A DNA stretch of 46,177 nucleotides from an uncultured Victivallales bacterium (lineage in GTDB: Bacteria; Verrucomicrobiota; Kiritimatiellia; UBA8416), in the NCBI GenBank assembly GCA_964576795.1, contig CAZNWT010000026.1, forward strand, positions 1 through 46,177. The letters run 5' to 3'. Every line of letters begins with the position of its first letter. The stretch's first letter is position 1. The position numbers and the translations under genes are program-made. The notes below the pieces were generated by a model. The model ran no database searches. It was not told where the DNA came from and saw only the letters and a list, made by a program, of their open reading frames with translations. Shown here piece after piece: positions 39,821 to 46,177 of the stretch.

Positions 39821-41046
39821 TCATGTTCTCTGCATGCTTCTGCAATCCTGCCAATCACGGCTTCCGCCTCGTCGGCGTCCATGTGTGCACTGCCCCATAA
39901 GTCACGCAGCAGATCACCCACGCCATCCGGCAGAACCAATGGATCCACAAGCCGTAGGGCAGCTTCGGCCGCTTGGGTGAAACGCACGGGTTCTACCCCC
40001 GCACCGATGGCCAGACGGATCGTTCCGATCAGGCGGTCGTCCCATCCTAGCTTCCGCTGAGGATCACGGATAATCCGTTCTACGCGATCTTCGAGGTAAG
40101 GGTTTGCCATTCGCTCGATGAGATCATCAACAAAGGCAGCATAGCCAACGGGCGTAAAGAGAGGGTCAAGTCCTGCATACTTCGCGATAATCGCACCACC
40201 CGATTCACCTAAGAATGCATCACGGGCAAAGGCCCTAAGATCAGGATCTGCCAGCGCTTCCGACATCGTCTCAGCCCCCTTGCGAGCCGCTAGGTACCCC
40301 ACAAGCGCGTGCGTTGCGTTATGCCCATACAACTTCGCTTCCTCAAAGGGCAATAAATCCTGTTTCTCAACGAAAACATCTATCGTAGCCGGGGGGGGAA
40401 CCAAATCGCATTTCGTCACTAGGATGCGGTTGAATGCTTCCACGAGGAAAGCACGATCCAAACCCGGTGCGACGCGTGCAAGTCCCAGCGCATCAATCCG
40501 CGCCGCATCTGCAAGCACTTGGCTCATCTTGCCAATGACGGTATTGAGAAATCGCCCGTGCGCTTTCAGTGTTGCAGCAGGTCCTTCGGTTAGGCGCTGG
40601 TTAACGGCCGAATCCAATAGCTCGGCAGCGTGGTTGTTGTTTTCTGCTGCGTAGATAACGAACGATCCGACGGCCGACCGCTGAGCTCGACGCCGGCAGC
40701 CTTCGGCCAACAAGTCTGCAACGCAGGGATCTCCTTTTTCATAGAAATCCACACTTGGCAACGCCGTGGCCATGGCCGACGCTTCCGCGATCGCATCGAC
40801 CAATACACGGTAGTCATCGGGGTCAGATGGATTCAGAATTTCAACCCCTTCGATCGTTTCCTGCTCAACACCGGACGCCGTCGCAATATTAACTTGGAAC
40901 GCGCCACTGGCCTTGACTGCCGACACGACATCAGGAATCACTTCGGCGACGACAAGCCGATCGAAGGTTCCTGAACGAAAAGCCTCGTAGAGGAACAGTC
41001 CCCCCTGTATGGCCCCAAAACCAATACCAACAAAGGTATTACCCAT
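39796..41046 (-). CDS. Mannitol dehydrogenase-family protein (MtlD-like polyol-phosphate dehydrogenase)
   Basis: It is collinear with E. coli MtlD: 'IYAAENNNH' (cf. IIACENMVRG), 'LYGHNATHALVGYLAARKG', 'ERMANPYLEDRVERIIRDPQRKLGWDDRLIGTI' (cf. [33 protein letters not shown]). Confidence 0.65.
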   Translation of the reverse strand: MGNTFVGIGFGAIQGGLFLYEAFRSGTFDRLVVAEVIPDVVSAVKASGAFQVNIATASGVEQETIEGVEILNPSDPDDYRVLVDAIAEASAMATALPSVDFYEKGDPCVADLLAEGCRRRAQRSAVGSFVIYAAENNNHAAELLDSAVNQRLTEGPAATLKAHGRFLNTVIGKMSQVLADAARIDALGLARVAPGLDRAFLVEAFNRILVTKCDLVPPPATIDVFVEKQDLLPFEEAKLYGHNATHALVGYLAARKGAETMSEALADPDLRAFARDAFLGESGGAIIAKYAGLDPLFTPVGYAAFVDDLIERMANPYLEDRVERIIRDPQRKLGWDDRLIGTIRLAIGAGVEPVRFTQAAEAALRLVDPLVLPDGVGDLLRDLWGSAHMDADEAEAVIGRIAEACREHDCGMGCKC

Positions 41047-41256
41047 AACTATATAACCTCAGTGCTGTTGTGTTTTCGAATGCCAGCGTATCAAGGTCCA
41101 GATGAATCGTCATCTCACTGACCCAGAACCTGGCGGCGAGCTCGGAGACCGCACATTCCTTCCCCTCACGCACCAACTCAAGAACCACCGGTGCAAGCGA
41201 AGTGGAACCGGCCGCTTTTGGTATTCTATGTTATGGTATGTTCGTTTTGAACAGTC

Positions 41257-41279
41257 AACAGCATTAACACATTGCTGTT
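41257..41279. promoter_or_regulatory. Perfect 7-bp inverted repeat AACAGCA-N9-TGCTGTT in the divergent intergenic region upstream of the URO-D-like/sulfatase genes; candidate operator
   Basis: aacagcattaacacattgctgtt. It is flanked by AT-rich promoter-like sequence (ttgaca at ~41369). Confidence 0.3.
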
Positions 41280-41387
41280 ATCATATGTCGTAATACACTT
41301 CGTCGTTGCTCTCGAACTAGCCCTTTAATAGTATCCAATTATGGTTTATGGCGGCAATCACATTTTGACAACTTACAGGAGACAGTT

Positions 41388-42467
41388 ATGACCAAGCGCG
41401 AGCGATTTCTTGCCTTTGCACGTTTCGAAGAGGTCGACCGGATCCCAAGGCGGGCGGACTACATTGAGAGCCTTCGGAGGAAAATGGTCGAGTTCCTGGG
41501 AGCGGATCCACTGACATTTTTTGATATAGATGGCGGCAAAGGAGCTGGCCTGCGGAAACCGGACGGGATCCTGTCGCCGGACTTCACCGGCTACTTCCCC
41601 GAATATGAAGTTGGGAAAGATGGCTTCACCATCGACGGCAACGGCTGTGGACACCGGGCCTCAGGATTTGAACATTTCACTGAGTACATCAGTCCACTAC
41701 GAAACGCATCGTCGTTCGCAGAGCTGGAGGCATACCCGTTTGTTTCTAACGCGACTTTTCTTGACGACAAAATGCTAGCCACCTGCGAAGCGGCGCATGC
41801 GACGGGCGATTATGCCTCCATCTTCGTCGGCCACATGTATGAGAACGCCTGGCAGGTCAGGGGGTACGAGCCGTTCCTGATGGACCTGCTGACCCAGCCT
41901 GATTGGGCCGAATTTATTTTGGACAAGTTTTGCGAGAACAACTTGCGAAGCGCAGAAGCCGCTGCACGGGCCGGGTATGACTGCATTATGACGGGGGATG
42001 ATATTGCAAATCAGAATACCATGATGTTTCATCCGGACCTCTGGCGCGAGGTGATGAAACCGCGTTGGGCCAAGGTGAATGCCGCCGCGCGCGCGATCAA
42101 CCCCGACATTCAAATCTGGTACCACACGGACGGAAACGCGTGGGATGTTCTGGATGACTTGGTGGAGATCGGAGTTAATATCCTTAATCCCGTGCAGCCC
42201 GAATGCATGGATCCGCTGGCGGTGCGAAAACGCTTTGGCAAGCGGCTGGCCTTCGACGGATGCATTGGCACGCAAACCACATTTCCCTTCGGGACCCCGG
42301 AGAGTATGCATAAAACGGTTACCGAACTCGCCGATGCGCTCGATGCCCGTCACGGCGGGCTCATGCTCTCGCCAACCCATGTACTGGAACCTGAAGTACC
42401 CCCCGAGAACATCAGAGCCTTCTTCCAGGCGTGCGACGACGCATCCAATGTTGAGCCTCATGTGTAG
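41388..42467 (+). CDS. Uroporphyrinogen decarboxylase (URO-D) family protein (MtaA/CmuA-like fold)
   Basis: The 359 aa carry conserved URO-D family segments ('RRADYIES', 'FVGHMYENAWQVRGYEPFLMDL', 'IWYHTDGNAWDVLDDLVEIGVNILNPVQPECMDP'). Its position in a sugar locus suggests a non-heme role. Confidence 0.7.
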   Translation: MTKRERFLAFARFEEVDRIPRRADYIESLRRKMVEFLGADPLTFFDIDGGKGAGLRKPDGILSPDFTGYFPEYEVGKDGFTIDGNGCGHRASGFEHFTEYISPLRNASSFAELEAYPFVSNATFLDDKMLATCEAAHATGDYASIFVGHMYENAWQVRGYEPFLMDLLTQPDWAEFILDKFCENNLRSAEAAARAGYDCIMTGDDIANQNTMMFHPDLWREVMKPRWAKVNAAARAINPDIQIWYHTDGNAWDVLDDLVEIGVNILNPVQPECMDPLAVRKRFGKRLAFDGCIGTQTTFPFGTPESMHKTVTELADALDARHGGLMLSPTHVLEPEVPPENIRAFFQACDDASNVEPHV

Positions 42468-42496
42468 CATTCGGTTTAAAGAATGGAGACTGAAGT

Positions 42497-43984
42497 ATGA
42501 CGACTCAGACGAAGAGACCCAATATCATCATCATGTACGCAGATGACCTTGGTTTCGGTGATGTAGGGTGTTACGGAGCGACAAGCATCTCTACCCCTAA
42601 CATCGATCGACTTGCCGCCGAGGGGGTGACGTTTCATCGGGGTTATGCCACTGCGGCGACATGCACTCCCTCACGCTATAGCTTGCTCACTGGCTCCTAT
42701 CCATGGCGGAACCCATGCGCTACCATTCTTCCGGGGGACGCACCTCTGATCATTGATTCACAAATGCCAACACTGCCTGGCATGCTTCAGCATGCCGGTT
42801 ATAGAACAGGCGTTGTTGGCAAATGGCACCTGGGCCTTGGACAAAACGATCTCAATTGGAATCAAGAGATAAGCGCCACACCTAATGACGTGGGCTTCGA
42901 TTATTCCTATATTATGGCGGCGACTAATGACCGCGTACCGTGTGTATACGTGGAAAACCGCAAGGTTGTTGGGCTTGATCCAGAAGATCCCATTGAGGTG
43001 ACGTACGATTGGGATAAGGCAGATCCGAGTCAGCCCACAGGAAGACACAACCCGGAACTGCTGAAGATGAAGTATAGCCACGGTCATGATGCATCAATTG
43101 TTAATGGTGTCAGTCGTATCGGCCATATGCGCGGAGGTCGGGCCGCTCTCTGGGATGACGAATCCATGGCTGAAGTCTTTGCCGAAAAAGCAGTTGGCTT
43201 TGTTACCGAGAACAAGGACCAGCCATTCTTCCTTTATTATGCCTTCCACCAACCCCACGTCCCCCGTATACCGGGGCCACGCTTCAAAGGTGTCACCCCC
43301 CATGGGCCACGCGGCGATGTAATTGTCGAAATGGACTGGTGTGTTGGCGAAATGTTGGATGCACTGGAGCGATTAGGAATCAAGGAAAATACAATCGTCA
43401 TTTTCTCCAGCGACAACGGCCCCGTGCTTGATGATGGGTATGACGATAAGGCAGAAGCATTGAATGACTCTCACCATGCAGCGGGGCCGCTACGTGGTGG
43501 AAAATACAGCATGTTCGATGGGGGAACCCGCGTCCCATTCCTTGTCAGCTGGCCCGGAACGGTCACTCCAGGGGAGTCGAATGCACTTGTTAGTCATGTT
43601 GACTTTTATGCATCCTTTGCGGCCATGACGAGTGAAGAAATACACGACAATATAGCTCCAGATAGCATAAACATTCTTGATGCATTACTCGGCAGGAGCA
43701 GCAAGGGACGGGACGAATTGGTCGTAGAAGGCACCCGGGGAAAGACCGTCCTACAAAAGAACGAGTGGGTCTTTATCCCGCCGCATGATGGTCCCGCTTT
43801 GAATGTGGACACGAATATAGAGCTGGGCAACTCCACGAAGCCTCAGCTTTATGATCTCTCGCAAGATATCGGGCAGATCAGCAACCTTGCAGCAGAGAAT
43901 GTGGATATTGCCAGCAAGATGTCTGCTCGACTCAATGACATTTCTCAATCACAGCGATCTGCTGGTGGACCGGATCCAGTGTAA
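42497..43984 (+). CDS. Sulfatase (arylsulfatase family, formylglycine-dependent)
   Basis: 'IIIMYADDLGFGDVGCYG' and the fGly signature 'CTPSRYSLLTG', plus 'GKWHLG' and 'SDNGP'. Confidence 0.9.
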   Translation: MTTQTKRPNIIIMYADDLGFGDVGCYGATSISTPNIDRLAAEGVTFHRGYATAATCTPSRYSLLTGSYPWRNPCATILPGDAPLIIDSQMPTLPGMLQHAGYRTGVVGKWHLGLGQNDLNWNQEISATPNDVGFDYSYIMAATNDRVPCVYVENRKVVGLDPEDPIEVTYDWDKADPSQPTGRHNPELLKMKYSHGHDASIVNGVSRIGHMRGGRAALWDDESMAEVFAEKAVGFVTENKDQPFFLYYAFHQPHVPRIPGPRFKGVTPHGPRGDVIVEMDWCVGEMLDALERLGIKENTIVIFSSDNGPVLDDGYDDKAEALNDSHHAAGPLRGGKYSMFDGGTRVPFLVSWPGTVTPGESNALVSHVDFYASFAAMTSEEIHDNIAPDSINILDALLGRSSKGRDELVVEGTRGKTVLQKNEWVFIPPHDGPALNVDTNIELGNSTKPQLYDLSQDIGQISNLAAENVDIASKMSARLNDISQSQRSAGGPDPV

Positions 43985-44164
43985 TTTCCAGGGGAGCATC
44001 ACCCGTAATGTGCTTGTGTAACGTAGCCGGAACCTAATGATGTATCCCGCATTTACGCCGACAGGGCAAAGCCCGCACTTTCGAATGCACGGCAAAGCCT
44101 AATGGATGACCCCCAAAGCTTTCTGAACACTCTCTCCTCTCTCCCTCTCTACCCTCTCACTCAA

Positions 44165-44313
44165 AGTCCCACCCCGGACGGCGCCGACCGCACGGCGCGA
44201 CCGCCGTTGTTGTTGTTCCGATCCGCGTTCACGTTGGCAGCGTTGTTGCGGTCCGATGCGCGCGCGTACACGCTCGCATTGTTCCAATTGCCGCCGCGAA
44301 ACCCGGCGCCGTC
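44165..44313 (-). repeat. DGR template repeat (TR); boundaries approximate because no VR copy is available
   Basis: The minus-strand reading frame encodes '...GFRGGNWNNASVYARASDRNNAANVNADRNNNNGGRAV...', which is the CLec-type DGR template signature. There are 11 Asn codons in 28 codons, including AAC AAC AAC AAC at 44206-44217 (minus strand). It lies immediately 3' of avd on the same strand. Confidence 0.75.
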
Positions 44314-44504
44314 TTGCGCCTGTGTCCCGACCCCCGGCCTCCGCCGGGGGCGCATTGCCGCGCCCCGGAATGGCCCGAAGGCCGTACCGAGCCGCCGCTT
44401 CCGTATTCTCTCGTCCAACCGGACGAGACGGACCACAGGCCGGGTGGGTACACCCGCGCCTCGGCGGCCGAACCTTGATCCGACCGCAGCGAAAACACGG
44501 GCTT

Positions 44505-44849
44505 CTACTGCTCCACACTCTTCTGCCAACCGCCCAGCATCTTGCCGATTTCCGTCAGACTCTTCGCGCAGAAGCACCACGATCCCCGGCTCATGCACCG
44601 CGCGTCGCGCGCGAGCCGAAGCAGATACCGCAACTGGTCCAGCGTCAGACTCACGCGGCTGAGCGTCAACGCTTTCGCTTCGCCCTTCGCCATCAGGGCC
44701 GCGGCCACCAGATCGTCCTGAACATCCAGACTCTTGCCCATCAGACGTTCTCCCAGCAGAAACCGTTGGTCGCGCGGGAACTTCCCGACCTTATGCAACA
44801 GCCACACGTTGACCTCGTACATCTTCTCCACGATCGGCGGCATGTCCAT
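44505..44849 (-). CDS. avd: DGR accessory variability determinant (Avd), a four-helix-bundle protein; start may be MYEVN at 44822
   Basis: The 114-aa basic helical protein 'KFPRDQRFLLGERLMGKSLDV...LDQLRYLLRLARD' matches the four-helix-bundle Avd/TIGR02436-like family. Its 5' end overlaps the RT 3' end. Confidence 0.7.
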   Translation of the reverse strand: MDMPPIVEKMYEVNVWLLHKVGKFPRDQRFLLGERLMGKSLDVQDDLVAAALMAKGEAKALTLSRVSLTLDQLRYLLRLARDARCMSRGSWCFCAKSLTEIGKMLGGWQKSVEQ

Positions 44850-46059
44850 CCGAGCGCCCTCCCTTCTCCGATACGCGGCTCGCGGCCCGACGCCCCTTCA
44901 TCCCCGGCAGACCGTACTGGTTGATGATGGGGAAGCGATCATACAGGCATTTCCGTATCCGATACGTATCCCCGTTCAGCGCGTGTGCGTGGAAGCTCTG
45001 CGTGGACTGCCTGATCTCCCGCAGTAAAGTCGCCTGACCTTCCAGATCCGGCCACAGCGCATGATACTCCCTCGTGTAGCGGTTCATCCGGCGAATGAAC
45101 CGCGTCACGCTCATCTTCTTGAGCTTCCGGCGCTCCGGGAACAGGCGAAACCCGAGAAAGCCGATGCCGCGTCGCACGGGCACCGGTCCGCCATCAGGGT
45201 GCAACTCCAGCCGCAACCTGCCTCTCGCAAATTCGCGAATACCCCTCTCCCACTCGCGCACGGGTTCCTTTTCGTCCGCAAACAGCAGCATGTCGTCCAT
45301 GTAGCGCACATAGTACCGGACCTTCAGTGTGTGCTTCACGTACTGGTCCAGTTCGTTCAGATACAGGTTCGCGAAAAACTGGCTCGTCAGGTTCCCCAAT
45401 GGCAATCCCCGTATCCGCCCGCCGCATGCGACGTCCGGAGCCAGATCCAACCCCCCCAGCGCCATCTCCAACTGCATTTGCTCCGTGGGCCCCATGCTCG
45501 TCACGCTCGCCCCCGCGCCGGCCTTGCGTGCCAGATAGTCGCTCGAGTCCACGATCCGTTCCAGCAGCCCCAGCGCCCGTTCGTCAGCCACGTACCGGCG
45601 GATCAACCCCTTCAATATCTCGTGATCGATCGTCGAGAAGTAGCTCTTAACATCCAGATGCAACCCGTAGCGGCAAGCCCTCAAGAACCCGTGCGCCCGG
45701 TCCAGCGCCCGGTGCGTGCCCTTCCCAAGTCTGCACGCATAACTGTCGTGAATGAACATGCGGTCCAGCCGCGGCGCAACCACGTCATGCACCGCATGGT
45801 GGAGCACGCGATCCCTGACCGTCCCCGCCGCGATCACCCGCACCTTCGGGTCCCACACCGTGAACAGCCGATATTTCCCATGCCGATAGCGCCCCGCCGC
45901 CAACTGCTCATGAAGCTTGAAGACCTCCTTCTCAAGATCGAACTTGAACCGGGCCCCCTCGCCACGAAAACGCCGACCATGAGCCAACGTCGCCTCCGCC
46001 GCGCGGAACAGGTTCTCCACGCTCACAATCTCGTCATACACATGGCACAGCGGCTTCAT
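44791..46059 (-). CDS. Diversity-generating retroelement reverse transcriptase
   Basis: The RT motifs are in order: 'RLFTVWDPKVRVIAA' (motifs 1-2), 'SYACRLGKGTHRAL', 'LHLDVKSYFSTIDH', the DGR-specific motif 4 'GLPLGNLTSQFFANLYLNELD' (SQ rather than the QG..SP of retron/group II RTs), 'YVRYMDDMLLF' (YMDD) and 'GIGFLGFRL'. It is collinear with Bordetella phage BPP-1 bRT. Confidence 0.88.
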   Translation of the reverse strand: MKPLCHVYDEIVSVENLFRAAEATLAHGRRFRGEGARFKFDLEKEVFKLHEQLAAGRYRHGKYRLFTVWDPKVRVIAAGTVRDRVLHHAVHDVVAPRLDRMFIHDSYACRLGKGTHRALDRAHGFLRACRYGLHLDVKSYFSTIDHEILKGLIRRYVADERALGLLERIVDSSDYLARKAGAGASVTSMGPTEQMQLEMALGGLDLAPDVACGGRIRGLPLGNLTSQFFANLYLNELDQYVKHTLKVRYYVRYMDDMLLFADEKEPVREWERGIREFARGRLRLELHPDGGPVPVRRGIGFLGFRLFPERRKLKKMSVTRFIRRMNRYTREYHALWPDLEGQATLLREIRQSTQSFHAHALNGDTYRIRKCLYDRFPIINQYGLPGMKGRRAASRVSEKGGRSDGHAADRGEDVRGQRVAVA

Positions 46060-46072
46060 CCAAAAATCGCCT

Positions 46073-46177
<105 letters not shown>

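Noticed and set aside
42497-43984. Sulfatase as the possible DGR target because of its adjacency to the TR
   Set aside because: It is convergent to the DGR, its C-terminus has no similarity to the TR, and it is a conventional fGly sulfatase rather than a CLec/FGE-fold target.
44099-44924. Large overlapping ORFs (139, 145, 186 and 222 aa) across the TR/avd region on both strands
   Set aside because: The sequence is GC-rich, so stop-poor frames are expected. The ORFs overlap each other and the Avd gene in different frames and have Arg/Pro/Ala low-complexity composition. The 145-aa minus-strand ORF is simply the TR read in frame. None looks like a real protein.
45095-45650. Plus-strand ORFs (69, 107 and 69 aa) antisense to the RT gene
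   Set aside because: They are Arg/Pro/Ser-rich low-complexity translations of the GC-rich antisense strand of a well-supported RT CDS.

Overview
This is a 46.2 kb GC-rich (~55-60%) fragment, probably a metagenome or draft contig, from a Gram-negative bacterium. Long homopolymer tracts and a nonsensical G/C/A homopolymer tail at 46073-46177 suggest a draft assembly. The housekeeping genes (rapA, ppiC, purB, yaiI, uvrC, galK) look proteobacterial. From 5' to 3' the window holds: a GT39/ArnT-like membrane glycosyltransferase; an IS4-superfamily (IS1634/IS701-like) transposase broken into three overlapping reading frames; an nfeD-flotillin operon followed by a TerB-domain protein; a GT39-like membrane protein with TPR repeats and an ADP-heptose:LPS heptosyltransferase (GT9); a roughly 1 kb stretch that looks like a degraded membrane-protein gene; rapA, ppiC, purB and a purine phosphoribosyltransferase; an N-terminal-FHA Ser/Thr kinase coupled to a Zn-ribbon membrane protein; a pyrimidine-dimer glycosylase and FAD oxidoreductase; a cNMP-binding protein, yaiI and uvrC; a galactoside catabolic cluster (GH4 alpha-galactosidase, galK, eukaryotic-type hexokinase); and a mannoside utilisation locus (AraC regulator, GH2 beta-mannosidase with a frameshift, GH38 alpha-mannosidase, FGGY kinase, ceramidase-like hydrolase, MtlD-like dehydrogenase, URO-D-like protein, sulfatase). 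The most notable element sits at the 3' end: a diversity-generating retroelement (DGR) with a reverse transcriptase carrying the DGR-specific 'LGNLTSQ' motif, an Avd-like four-helix-bundle accessory gene, and an Asn(AAC)-rich template repeat (TR). Its gene order is unusual (RT -> avd -> TR on the minus strand), and no cognate variable repeat or target gene is present in the window, which ends about 120 nt past the RT start. A ~90-130 nt intergenic repeat occurs twice (upstream of purB and upstream of the cNMP-binding gene). I found no CRISPR arrays, tRNAs or rRNAs.
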